From: Malacoraja senta
Lineage: Eukaryota
Assembly: GCA_038087875.1 (NCBI GenBank)
Contig: CM075991.1
Coordinates: 7,194,001 to 7,258,000, forward strand
DNA: 64,000 nucleotides
Direction of reading: 5' to 3'
Shown here: piece after piece, positions 12,995 to 24,487 of the stretch
How positions within the stretch are numbered: the first letter of the stretch is position 1
Layout of the letters: each line of letters opens with the position of its first letter
The notes under the pieces: model-generated
What the model saw: only the letters and a program-made list of their open reading frames with translations
Told to the model about the DNA's origin: nothing
Databases searched by the model: none
Translations under genes and position numbers: made by a program

Positions 12995-13345
12995 TAGTCC
13001 ACAGGCGGCTGTGGAGGCCAAGTCAATGGATAATTTTAAGGCAGAGTTTGATAGATTCTCGATTAGTACAGTTGCCAGAGGTTATGGGGAGAAGGCAGGA
13101 GAATGGGGTTGAGAGGTTAAGATTGATCAGCCATGATTGAATGGATTTGATGGGCCGAATGGCCTAATTCTGCTCCGATCACTTGTGAACAGGTGCAAGC
13201 TGATGAGACCCTTTGTTGGGAATGGAGGAGGGATATGGATCCTGTGCAGGCAGAGTTGATTACTTTAACATGGCATCATGTTTGCATGGACATTGTGGGC
13301 CGATGGGCCTTGTTCCTGTGCTATACTGTTCCATGTTCTGTGTTC
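12995..13345 (+). mobile_element. Two CR1 3'-end fragments
   Basis: ggttatggggagaaggcaggagaatgggg..gggccgaatggcctaattctgctcc tail, then a second CR1 subfamily tail. Confidence 0.7.
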
Positions 13346-13349
13346 TAGA

Positions 13350-13787
13350 ATTTAGAATTTTAGAATGCTATTTATTGTCATTCAAACCTAGGCTTGAACG
13401 AAATATCGTTACTACAGGTCTTTTTTTTTTCTTTTTTTTACATTACAAAAAAACCCAAGACCCACACTTAACACAGTTTACATAAACATCCATCACAGTG
13501 AGTCTCCAACACCACCTCACTGTGATGGAAGGCACTGTGATGGAAGTCTTATCTCTTCCCTTTATTCTTCACCCGCGGTCCAGCAGTCCAACTGCAGCGT
13601 CTAGGCGAACTGGGGCTCCGGTGTTAAAGCCCCCGGCGGACGATGGTAAGTCCTGTGGCCATTTAGCCATGCCGGGCGATGTTAGGCCCTGGCTCCGTGT
13701 CCTTCAAACCCCGCGGTTCAAGCAGTCCAACCCGCAGTCCAACTGCAGCGTCTAGGCGAACTGGGGCTCCGATGCTAAAGCCCCCTG
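13350..13787 (-). mobile_element. Non-autonomous retroelement with AATAAA + microsatellite tail and an internal 52-bp direct repeat
   Basis: Shares tgtcatt..aacgaaat..catccatcaca..ctgtgatggaaggca with 45134-45327; gcagtccaactgcagcgtctaggcgaactggggctccg repeated at ~13583 and ~13734. Confidence 0.6.
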
Positions 13788-13789
13788 TA

Positions 13790-15560
13790 CCTTGTGTGGT
13801 ACCTTGTCGAAAGCCTTCTGAAAGTCCAGATACAACACATCCACTGGTTCTCCCCTATCCACTCTACTAGTTACATCCTCGAAAAATTCTATAAGATTCG
13901 TCAGACACGATTTACCTTTCGTAAATCCATGCTGACTTTGTTCAATGATTTCACCACTTTCCAAATGTGCTGTTATCCCATCTTTAATAACTGACTCTAG
14001 CAGTTTCCCCACTACCGATGTTAGACTAACTGGTCTGTAATTCCCCGTTTTCTCTCTCCCTCCCTTCTTAAAAAGTGGGGTTACGTTTGCTACCCTCCAA
14101 TCCTCAGGAACTACTCCAGAATCTAAAGAGTTTTGAAAAATTATCACTAATGCATCCACTATTTCTGGAGCTACTTCCTTAAGTACTCTGGGATGCAGCC
14201 TATCTGGCCCTGGTGATTTATCGGCCTTTAATCCATTCAATTTACCCAACACCACTTCCCGACTAACCTGGATTTCACTCAGTTCCTCCATCTCCTTTGA
14301 CCCGCGGCCCCCTGCTATTTCCGGCAGATTATTTATGTCTTCCTTAGTGAAGACGGAACCAAAGTAGTTATTCAATTGGTCCGCCATATCCTTGTTCCCC
14401 ATGATCAATTCACCTGTTTCTGACTGCAAGGGACCTACATTTGTTTTAACTAATCTCTTTCTCTTCACATATCTATAAAAACGTTTGCAGTCAGTTTTTA
14501 TGTTCCCTGCCAGTTTCCTTTCATAATCTATTTTCCCTTTCCTAATTAAGCCCTTTGTCCTCCTCTTCTGGTCTCTGAATTTCTCCCAGTCCTCTGGTAT
14601 GCTGCTTTTTCTGGCTAATTTGTACGCATCATCTTTTGCTTTGATACTATCCCTGATTTCCCTTGTTATCCACGGATGCACTACCTTCCCTGATTTATTC
14701 TTTTGCCAAACTGGGATGAACAATTTTTGTAGTTCATCCATGCAGTCTTTAAATGCCTTCCATTGCATATCCACCGTCAACCCTTTTAGAACTAATTGCT
14801 AGTCAATCTTGGCCAATTCACATCTCATACCCTCAAAGTTACCTTTCTTTAAATTCAGAACCATTGTTTCTGAATTAACAATGTCACTCTCCATCCTAAT
14901 GAAGAACTCAACCATATTATGGTCACCCTTGCCCAAGGGGGCACGCACAACAAGTCTGCTAACTAACCCTTCCTCATTACTCAATACCCAGTCTAGAATA
15001 GCCTGCTCTCTCGTTGGTTACTCTACATGTTAGTTTAGATAACTATCCCTCATACATTCCAAGAAATCCTCTTCCTCAGCACCCCTCCCAATTTGATTCA
15101 CCCAATCTATATGTAGATTGAAGTCACCCATTATAACTGTTTTGCCTTTGTTGCACGCATTTCTAATTTCCTGTTTGATGCCATCCCCAACTTCACTACT
15201 ACTGCTAGGTGGCCTGTACACAACACCCACCAGCGTTTTCTGCCCCTTAGTGTTTCGCAGCTTTACTAAATACCGATTCCACATCCTCCAAGCTAATGTC
15301 CTTCCGTCCCACTGCGTTAATCTCCTCTCTAACCAGCAACGCTACCCCACCTCCTTTTCCTTTCTCTCTATCCCTCCTGAATATTGAATATCCCTGGATG
15401 TTCAGCTCCCAGCCTTGGTCACCCTGGAGCCATGTCTCTGTGATCCCAACTATATCATAATCATTAATTGCTATCTGCACATTCAACTCATCCACCTTAT
15501 TACGAATGCTCCTTGCATTGAGACACAAAGCCTTCTGGCTTGTTTTTACAACGCTCTTAC
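13790..15560 (-). pseudogene. CR1 ORF2 (APE + N-terminal RT), disrupted
   Basis: LNARSIRNK, GITETWL, GGGVALLV, YRPP, MGDFN, GDHN, SPGPD, NYRPVSLTS, QHGF, YLDFQKAFDKVPH; frameshift near 15270 and stops at 15030 and 14799. Confidence 0.9.
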
Positions 15561-15845
15561 CCCTTATACAATTACGTTGAAAAGTGGCTCTTTTTGATTT
15601 TTGCCCTGGATTTGACTGCCTGCCACTTTTACTTTTCACCTTGCTACCTATTGCTTCCGCCCGCATTTTACACCCCTCTGTTTCTCTGCTCACCCATTTA
15701 AGAACCCCACCACCTCTTATTCTCTGTTTATTATTGTTTTCTTCTTCCCCCCCTACATGTTGGGTCTGAGTGCTTTCCTTCTCTGCCTCCTGCCTCACAC
15801 ACTGTCTAATAGCATTCTCTATTTGAGTCCCTCCCCCCAACCATT

Positions 15846-16808
15846 CTAGTTTAAAGTCTCCCCAGTAGCCTTTGCAGATCTCCCCGCCAGGATATCGGTC
15901 CCCCTCAGGTTCAAGTGCAACCCATCCTTTTTGTACAGGTCGAACCTTCCACAAAAGAGGTCCCAATGATCCAGAAATTTGAATCCCTGCCTTCTGCACC
16001 AGTCCTTCAGCCACGCATTTATCCTCCACCTCGCTCCATTCCTACTCTCACTGTCGCGTGGCACAGGCAGTAATCCCGAGATTGTTACCTTTGCTGTCCT
16101 TCTCTTTAACTCCCCTCCTAACTCCCTAAATTCTCCTTTCAGGACCTCTTCTCTTTTTTTACCTATGTCATTGGTACCTATATGTATCACGACCTCGGGC
16201 TCCTCTCCCTGCCCTTTCTGGATATCTTGGACACGTTGAGACACATCACAGACCCTGGCACCAGGGAGGCAAACTACCATCCGGGTCTCCCGACTGCGTC
16301 CACAGAATCGCCTGTCTGACCCCCTAACTATAGAGTCCCCTATTAGTATTGCCCTCCTCTTCTTTTCCTTACCCTTCTGAGCAACAGGACCAGTCTCTAT
16401 ACCGGAGGCCCAGCTGCTGTGTCTACCCCCAGGTAGGCTGTCCACCCCAACAGTGCTCAAACAGGAGTACTTATTGTCAAGGTGTACAGCCACCGGGGTA
16501 CTCTCTAGTCCCTGCCTGTGCCCCTTGCCTCTCCCAACCGTGATCCACTTGCCTGCCTCCGGTGGTGTTGGAGTGACCACATCCCTGTAACTCCTCTCAA
16601 TGACTTCCTCGCTCTCCCTGACCAGACGGAGGTCATCGAGCTGCTGCTCCAGGTTCCTAATACGGTCCATTAGGAGCCCCATCTCGATACACCTGCCGCA
16701 GATGTGGACGTCTGGAGGGCTATCAGACTCCATGACTTCCCACATCTGACATCCCGAACAGTAAACTGCCCTGGCCCTCATACTCCCCTTACCCTGGATA
16801 GAATACAA
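15846..16808 (-). CDS. CR1 ORF1: N-terminal zinc finger, coiled coil, SGNH esterase domain
   Basis: CSGC..HICGRC; LIGDSIVRG, VIHIGTND, DGLHLN. Confidence 0.88.
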   Translation of the reverse strand: MYSIQGKGSMRARAVYCSGCQMWEVMESDSPPDVHICGRCIEMGLLMDRIRNLEQQLDDLRLVRESEEVIERSYRDVVTPTPPEAGKWITVGRGKGHRQGLESTPVAVHLDNKYSCLSTVGVDSLPGGRHSSWASGIETGPVAQKGKEKKRRAILIGDSIVRGSDRRFCGRSRETRMVVCLPGARVCDVSQRVQDIQKGQGEEPEVVIHIGTNDIGKKREEVLKGEFRELGGELKRRTAKVTISGLLPVPRDSESRNGARWRINAWLKDWCRRQGFKFLDHWDLFCGRFDLYKKDGLHLNLRGTDILAGRSAKATGETLN

Positions 16809-16948
16809 AACAAACTGCTACAATACAGTACAATCAGCAGGGATCTGACTCCCAATCAGCTGCTCCCTCTTGTCTGCTTCCACCAATCAGCGGCTTCCTC
16901 AAACCCACTTGTTTGTGAAGTGGAACTTGGAACGTTGCAGATTTCGGT

Positions 16949-17158
16949 TCCTCTTTAACTCCTACCGCTCGGGTGTAGCTCCTCCCTCTGCAACCTCTCC
17001 AACGGCTCTCGGGCCTCTGTAAGGAACAAGCCCCGCGCTCCTCTTTAACTCCTACCGCTCGGGTGTAGCTCCTCCCTCTGCGACCTCTCCAACGGCTCTC
17101 GGGCCTCTGTAAGGAACAAGCCCCGCGCTCCTCTTTAACTCCTACCGCTTGGGTGTAG
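16949..17158 (-). repeat. 90-bp tandem repeat (~2.3 units) in CR1 5'UTR
   Basis: ctctttaactcctaccgct at 16951, 17041 and 17131. Confidence 0.9.
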
Positions 17159-17172
17159 CGGTAGGAGTTAAA

Positions 17173-17300
17173 GAACTGCAGATGCTGGTTTAAACTGAAG
17201 ATAGACACAAAAAGCTGGAGTAACTCAGCGGGTCAGGCAGCAACTCTGGAGAATAGGGATAGGCGTCTGAAGAAGGGTCTCAACCCGAAACATCACCTAC
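17173..17300. mobile_element. Penelope-derived element with hammerhead-like core at 17267-17294 (+)
   Basis: Inverted tail gaactgcagatgctgg..ggagtaactcagcgggtcaggc, then CTGAAGA-A-GGGTCTCAACCC-GAAACATC. Confidence 0.7.
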
Positions 17301-17589
17301 TTGACCCTGGAGTTGCTGCTTTTTGATAGAAGCACATACAAAATAAACTGAGGTGCTGTAATCAAAGTTTTTAATGTTTTCTAAGTCAACTTCTCAGTTG
17401 TACAATCAAGAATTAACAACGTGACAGTACTTTGAGAACAATATTCCCAAAATCAATATGAAAAGTAGTGTAAATGGGCACCTCAGTACTGTCTGGAGAT
17501 GTTGTGGTACACAACAGTGCTGTTATGTTTAGCTGCATAATATTGCTTGAATATAATGTTATGTTCCGTTTATAATGACGGGCATATGA

Positions 17590-18277
17590 GTTTAGTTTAG
17601 TTTAGTTCATACATACAGCGTAGAAACAGGCCCTTCGGCCCAGCGAGTCCGAGCTGACCAGCAATCACTCATTCGCTATTTCTATCCCACACACTCGGGA
17701 CAATTTACAGAAGCGTGAAAAATATGCATCTTCTAGATGCTCTGGGACGCACCCTCAGTGATGTGACCTGGGATCATCGGGTGTTTCAGGTCTCACAACA
17801 TCAGACACCCTCGCCCAGACGACCCAGCCGGAGTTGATCAGGCCCCGACTTGCGTCCCAGCAGCAACCGCCCACGGATCAGCCATCTTAATAACTACTCT
17901 GCAGGGGTTGGGAGATCCTAGTGCGTGGAGGGACTGGGCTCTGTGGGGTGAGTCCTGACCGGGCTCCTCCTGCATCTCACCAGGTTCAAGGCCTGTGCGA
18001 TGCACCTCTTTCTCCTTCTCCGAGCATTTCATTCTCGCCTGATGGATTTTTAGGCCATGGTGGTTCATTAGGCCTTTCCTTAGCTTTATCGGAGCAAATT
18101 AACCTACAAACCTACACGTCTTTGGTATGTGGGAGGAAACCAGAGCACCCAGAGAAAACCCATGTGGTCACAGGGAGAACGTACAAACTCCATACAGACA
18201 CCACCCGTAGTCAGGATTGAACCCGAGTCTCTGGCACTATAAGGCAGCAACTCTACTGCTGCGCCTTTGTGCCGCCC
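17590..18277 (-). mobile_element. V-SINE split by a Hero-like insertion
   Basis: SINE breaks at ttacagaagc (17714) and resumes at aattaacctacaaacc (~18097). Confidence 0.82.
17715..18095 (-). mobile_element. Internally deleted Hero-like (RLE non-LTR) element
   Basis: Translation NHHGLKIHQARMKC..PGEMQEEPGQDSPHRAQSLH resembles Hero N-terminal zinc-finger region, joined to a 3'UTR-like gagggtgtctgatgttgtgagacctgaaacacccgatgatcccagg; family assignment from recall. Confidence 0.6.
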
Positions 18278-18934
18278 AAACGGGTATATGGGCAGAAGTG
18301 AGAAGGTAATCAACTTAAAAAATAATTATTACAGAGACAATTAGAAAGAAGAAGGATAATCAGTACAAGGAGAGTTGCAATATTGGTCATATGGCTGTAT
18401 GATGTTTGGCTATATTTTTTGAGATACTTTGAAATGTAGGCTAATTGTTAAAAAAGTTTTACTGAGCAACTTTATTGCAGATAGTGCAAAACCCGGGAGA
18501 GTAGAAAGGAAGACATTTCACAAGTCTATTTTCTTTGAAGTTATTTTGACAGCAATTATCAATGGATAAGAATGTTGGTTTCCAGTGGAATTAATCCAAT
18601 CCTTCAAATGGGCAGGAGCCAAGAACATTTAGTTTGTGTTGTGAGATGCTATTGCGGAAAATACAAAAATAACTTGGCCCAAATGGATGAATTGCATGTT
18701 GTATATTTTACACAGTTGACTGGAAGTGTATATTTACTTGCAATCCTTCCGAGCACCCTTGGTGCATAATGGGAACTTGAATCTAGCTTTGTGTAAATGT
18801 GGTTTGTCTTGACACGCAGACACTTGTCAAGTGTGATACGTTGAATCACCATTCGGCACACATTGGCTGCTATGTTGGTGCTCGTGTAGGTGGCTGGGAA
18901 ACAGTGTGAGACTTGCTGGAGGAGCACAGTCACG

Positions 18935-19135
18935 CAGTTTAGTTTATTGTCACGTGTACCGGGGTACAGTGAAAAGCTTTTGTTGCCTGCTATCCAGACA
19001 GTGGAAAGACAATACATGATTACAATCATGTCGTTTACAGTGTATAGACACGTGATAAAGGAATAATGGTTAGTGCGAGGTAAAACCCGCAAAGTCCGAT
19101 CAAGGATAGTCCAAGGGTCGTCAAAGAGGATACCC
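18935..19135 (-). mobile_element. Rex1/Babar-type 3' tail
   Basis: tttattgtcacgtgtacc..gtacagtgaaaagcttttgttgc; same sequence at 33155 and 43047, where it continues into Rex1-like coding sequence. Confidence 0.7.
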
Positions 19136-19874
19136 AATACATGCCCTGTTGCGTTGAGAGGCAGTGCCCATTGAGAGTAATGGAACAAACTGATGTCCAT
19201 TCCTTGTTCAGCAATATCGCAAAGAGGGTTGCAATTTAAACGCCTAATTAGACCTTCCGCTGTGCTAGCACCAACCCCAAATCCATAGACTCCTTACAGC
19301 GCACAATGCCTGCATTTACCAATAATGACGAGATCCTTAGCCAAGGCATGAAAGAATTGCAGTGACTTTCAGAAAGAACTTTCCAAAAAGATGCCCAAGC
19401 AGTAGAAAAGAACACAAAGTTCTGGAGTAATTCAGCAGATCAAGCAGCATCTCTGGAGAACATGGATAGGCAACGAAATTTCGTTCAGATCGAAAGGTCT
19501 GAATGACAATAAAGGAATCTAAGTCTAAGTCATCTAAGTGACGTCTATTGACTGATTGAATGGACCCGACCCGAAACATCACCTATTCAGGTTCTCCGGA
19601 GATGCTGCTTGCCTCGTCGTGTTACTCCAGCACTTTGTCTTTTTTTTTAATGGTAAACCAGCATCTGTGGTTCCTTGTTTCTACCCAAGATTGAAGGGGC
19701 ACAATTGCTTATTGAGAACTATTTTTTACCACTTGACTTTCCAACTATTTAAGCCCCATTTGCTATTTTTTATAGATAGATTTGTTGATTACCTTCCTGT
19801 CAGGAACTGTGCAGTTATTTTCCAAAAGAAACAAAATATTTCAAGGCACAACAACTTGCCGCTTTTATCCTTAA

Positions 19875-20073
19875 GGGTCTGTCCCACTTGGGCGTCATTT
19901 GCGCGTCACGCAGATGGCGCGCGAAGATTTTGCACATCACAAAATCCTGGGGCGCCGCTCGCGAACGCGCATCACTGCCTACGTCACCATGCACCATGCG
20001 CGCCTAATGCGCGCGTCGTGCGTCGTGACGCGTAAATGATGTCGCGCAAATGACGCCCAAGTGGGACAGGCCC
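19875..20073. mobile_element. MITE, probably PIF/Harbinger-type, CpG-rich
   Basis: ~30-bp TIRs gggtctgtcccacttgggcgtcatttgcgcg / cgcgcaaatgacgcccaagtgggacaggccc; TTAA on both sides. Confidence 0.85.
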
Positions 20074-20884
20074 TTAACCGTCCTTATCTGTCAACTTACT
20101 TGCTGCTGTGTCACAGTCAGATTACTGATCTAGAAAACACATTCAACATTAATAACATCAATTGATAAAGTGCACTGAAGGAAAATCTATCTCCGGTTGG
20201 TAGCTGGACTGGAAAAGCTGGATGTAAACGGTGTTATCAAACATGCTTTACTATGGTTGTAGGATGCTGCTTAATTCTCCAAATTCCTTCCAGAAAGGAC
20301 ATCTCACAGATGGGAAAATGAAGGCACAGGTGTTATTCCTGTAAGCTTCTTTGCCCCATGTGATCAAGCTGTGTGTTGTCTTCACTTGATCAGTCGCGTA
20401 ACCTTCTGAAACTATTTTCTTTGTTGGAAACTCAAGTGTTCTTAAGGCATGTGTAGGAAGGAACTGCAGATAAAGCAAAGATAGGCACAAAAAAGCTGGA
20501 GTAACTCAGCGGGTCAGACAGCAATGCGAGAGAAAAGGAATAGGTAACGTTTCGGCTCGAGACCCCACACAGATAAAGCAGTTGTGTTGTGATTTGTATG
20601 AAAAAGAACAAATTGTTCATGGTTGGCCCTTGAAGGTTTTCATTCACGGGACATAGAAATGAGTGGTTCGGTGACCGCAATGCAGTCAACGTTTACTGCT
20701 CTTCCCCAACTGAACAGAATGACTTGTAGAATCAAAGACACAAAGTGCTGGATGAACTCAGCGGGTCAGGAGCATTCCTGGAGGACGTACAGAAGTGATG
20801 TTTTGGGTCGAAATCCTTCTCCAGACGGAATAAAATGACTTGCTGGAGCTGCATGCAGGCGAGATTGGATGGTGACGGATTTCT

Positions 20885-21030
20885 TTCAAGAGTCAAGAGT
20901 GTGTTTTATTGTCATATTTCCCAAAATGGAACGATGGAACAATGAAATTCTTTCTTGCAGCAGCACACAGATATGTAAACATAATACTCCGTACAATCCA
21001 TTATAAACAATAAAAAAGTTCAGTATAGGC
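20885..21030 (-). mobile_element. Rex1-type 3' tail (ctcttga microsatellite end)
   Basis: Reverse complement of gctgctgcaagaaagaatttcattgttc..gacaataaaacacactcttgactcttga. Confidence 0.65.
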
Positions 21031-21486
21031 TTCGGTAAAAAAAAGAAATTGTCCTTATAAATTGTAATTGTCCTCAGGATAGTGCTCGTATATGGGATCA
21101 CTGGTCGACATGGACTTGGTGGGCAGAAGGGCTTGATTCCATGCTGTATCTCTAAAATCTAAAGTCTAACTGCAATAGTTGTTATTTCACTTTTCTGGCA
21201 TTTTTTTGCTCCTGTCTCTCTGCCTTTCCTCACTCATCTATAAAGTAGACAGTACCAAAAGAATCATTTAGTTTAAACCACCTTCATCTCCACCCTATTG
21301 CAGACATTGCCTTTGTTCTCTTGACCCATCTTCCTCTCTGCCACAAGATACAGAATTGTTTTCACACGTTTCCAATTCCAAGGAAGAGTTATTGACCGGA
21401 AGTGTTAATTCTGTTTTTCTCTCTGACCTGCTGAACATATCCACAGCTTTCAGTTTTTATTTTGTTTCCAGCATCTGTAGTTCGAT

Positions 21487-21795
21487 TGTAGAAACAAGGA
21501 ACTGCAGATGCCGGTAAATACACACAAGGACACACGGTGCTGGAGTAACTCAGCAGGTCAGGCAGCATTGCTGGAGAACATGGACAGGTGACGTTTTGGG
21601 TCGAGACCCTTCTTCAGACTGATTGCAGAAGGAAGCTGTAAGAGGGGAGAGGCAGGACAGAGCCTGGCAGGTACTAGGCGGACATCGGCGAGGGGGCATT
21701 TTGATAGGCAAGAGGATGGAACAAAGGCCAGAAATAATAGCAGGTGTAAGACAGGATTGAACAGCTCCAAATTATGAAGCCAGAGAGAGGAAGGA
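21487..21795 (-). mobile_element. Penelope-like element 3' region
   Basis: Tail plus hammerhead-like core with G12>A at 21590-21617. Confidence 0.7.
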
Positions 21796-22136
21796 AAATC
21801 TCCGGTATCATCCCGCACTCCAAAGACGTACAGGTTTGTAGGTTAATAATTATAAATTGTCCCTAGTGTGTGTAGGGTCATGTTAGTGTGCGGGGATTGC
21901 TGGTGGGTACGGACGCGATGGGCTGAAGGGCCTATTTCCAGCTGTATCTCAATACTAAACCGAACGAATGTGCATGGCTCATGGCCGGAATCTGTTAACA
22001 CCATGCTATTACTTATCCCTCATTTCATATTACAGTAAGCAGACTATCTGGTCAGCATCACTTATTTGTGATCTTGCTGTGCATACATTAGCTATATTGT
22101 TACACTGACTGCACAATGAGAGGACTTTAGACTTTA

Positions 22137-22630
22137 GACAATAGACAATAGGTGCTGGAGTAGGTCATTCGGCCCTGTGTGCCAACATCGCCATTCAATG
22201 TGATCATGGCTGATCATCCACAATCAGTACCCCGTTCCTGCCTTCTCCCCATATCCCATGACTCCGCTATCTTAAAGAGCTCTCTCTTGAAAGTATCCAG
22301 AGAACCGACCTCCACTGCCCTCTGAGGCAGAGAATTCCACAGACTTACAACTAACTCTCTGTATGAAAAAGTGTTTCCTCATCTCCGTTCTAAATGGTTT
22401 ACCCCTTATTCTTAAACTGTGGCCCCTGGTTCTGGGCTCTCCCAACATCGGGAACATGTTTCCTGCCTCCAGCGTGTCCAAACTCATAATAATCTTATAT
22501 GTTTCAATAAGATCCCCTCTCCTCCTTCTAAATTCCAGAGTATACAAGCCCAGGCGCTCCATTCTCTCAGCATATGACAGTCCCGCCATCCCGGGAATTA
22601 AGCTTGTGAACCTACGCTGCACTCCCTCAA
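22137..22630 (-). mobile_element. CR1 3' fragment inserted in the tail of a V-SINE (22124-22923)
   Basis: EGVQRRFT..LGLYTLEFRRRRGDLIETYK..RTRGHSL; (tattgtc)n tail. Confidence 0.88.
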
Positions 22631-22923
22631 TAGAGATACAGCGCGGAAACAGGCCCTTTGACTCATTGTGCCCGTGCCGATCAGCGATCTCCCCGTACAC
22701 TAGCACTATCCTACACATGAGGGAGATTTTTTTACCGAAGCCAATTAACCTAAAAACCTGTACGCTTTTGGAGTGTGGGAGGAAACCAGAGCACCTGGTG
22801 AAAACCCACACGGTTATGGGGAGAACGTACTAATTCCATACAGACAGCATCCATAGTCAGGATCAAACTCAGGTCCCTAGGACTGTAAGGCAGCAACTCT
22901 ACCGCTGCGCCACTGTGCCGCCC
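22631..22923 (-). mobile_element. V-SINE (HE1-like)
   Basis: Head, V-domain and tail on the minus strand. Confidence 0.85.
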
Positions 22924-23729
22924 GTTATTGATTGTAAAGTATCACGGGATATCCTGGGATTCGGAAATAATCGACATTACGTCTTTGTTTTCTATTAATC
23001 TTCATACTCACTACAAAGCTATCTTCGTATCAATTTATTTTTTCAGTCAGCCTCGACAACAATATTTGTGAGCAATCAAGTTCCTTTTTTTTGCACAGTG
23101 GTATACCAGTGAATTAATGAAGCAATTCTTTTTTTTTCTTTTTGAATACGAATGGGACGAATTTTATTCCCACGTTTGACATGTATTTCTTTCTCCGGGA
23201 GAATGTAACCAACAAAAAACATGAATCTGCAGCTGTGTTCCCTGCAATGCACCAGTATTTACGATCCTTAATGGGCAATTGTGGTTTGTAATCTGTTTCT
23301 GAGTATTTTTAGGTCTCTAGCTGCCAAGAAAGCTGCCAACAGGAACTAGAATTGTACCCATACTCTTTTCAAGTTTGCAAAATAACAACCAAAGACGACT
23401 TTCTATTGACCTATTACATGTTAAAAAATGTCTTAAGCCCCCAAATACACAAGGAGCCACTCCTTTGGATTTTAAAATCGATGTTAAAGAGAGTACCTCC
23501 ACAAAATATGTACCAATTTTACTTCAGTTGTTGTGGATGACAATATTGTGCGCTCTTTCATGTCCTCTCGTTCTTTAATTCCTTCTCGAGATATATTTTT
23601 CATTTCCAGCCTAGTTTATTTGGTTTAAGTTAAAAAAGCAAACTGCTGGGAGAAACCAATTGGGTCCAATTTGCATCTTTGGAGGAAAAGGGACAGTTGA
23701 TATTTTGGATTTGTTAAGCAATTTACATT

Positions 23730-24040
23730 GGGGTAGCGCAGTGGTGCAGCGGGAGAACTGCTGCCTTAAAGCACAAGAGGCCCATGTTCGATCCTGACTA
23801 CAGATGCTGTCTGTAAGGAGTTTGTACATTCTTCCTGTGACCGTGTGGGTTTTCTCCGGGTGCTCTGGTTTCCTCCCACATTCCAAAGATGTACAGGTTT
23901 GTAGGTTAATTGGCTTTGGTAAAATTGGAAATTGTCCCTTGTACGTAGGATAGTGCTAGTGTACGGGGTGATCGCTGCTCGGCGCGGACTCAGTGTGCTG
24001 AAGGGCCTATTTCCACGCTGTATCTCTAAAATGTCTAAAG
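23730..24040 (+). mobile_element. V-SINE (HE1-like)
   Basis: Head, V-domain, tail. Confidence 0.85.
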
Positions 24041-24218
24041 GGTTGAACCCCTGCATCTTTACCTTCACAAATGTTGCTTGATCCACTGAGCCCCAATAGC
24101 AGTTTTTCTTTGCTTCAGATTCCAGCATCTGCAGTCTCTTGTGTCTTGATCAAGTTCAAGTCTGAACTTGATCAAGACACAAACTCCTTGATCAACTCCT
24201 GAACTTGATCAACTTGAT

Positions 24219-24487
24219 CGGAGCCTGAAGACTGCAACGACCAGGTTCAGGAACAGCTACTTCCCCACAGCCATCAGGCTATTAAACCTGGCTCGGACAT
24301 AACACTGAACTTTATTAGCCAATACTGTTATTTGCACTTTATCAGTATATTGACCATTGTGTATATATTTATAGAATGCCTTGTAGTAAATGCCTACTAT
24401 GTTCTGTTGTGCTCAAGCAAAGCAAGAATTTCATTGTCCTACCAGGGACACATGACAATAAACTCACTTGACTTGACTTGACTTGAA
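24219..24487 (+). mobile_element. Rex1/Babar 3' fragment
   Basis: RSLKTATTRFRNSYFPTAIRLLN C-terminus, AATAAA and (acttg)n tail. Confidence 0.75.

Larger units (their letters stand above)
13788..17156 (-). mobile_element. CR1-clade LINE with 5'UTR repeats, ORF1 and broken ORF2; 3' half of RT missing
   Basis: ORF1 15846-16808; ORF2 fragments 15247-16029, 15030-15284, 14799-14984, 13752-14780. Confidence 0.92.

Noticed and set aside
16949..17158. 90-bp repeat as a CRISPR-like array
   Set aside because: Whole units are duplicated with no unique spacers; eukaryotic LINE UTR context.
17775..17812. CUGAUG..GAAAC in the Hero-like 3' end (minus) as a hammerhead
   Set aside because: A9 is missing, there is no stem II, and the flanks pair with each other leaving no cleavage strand.
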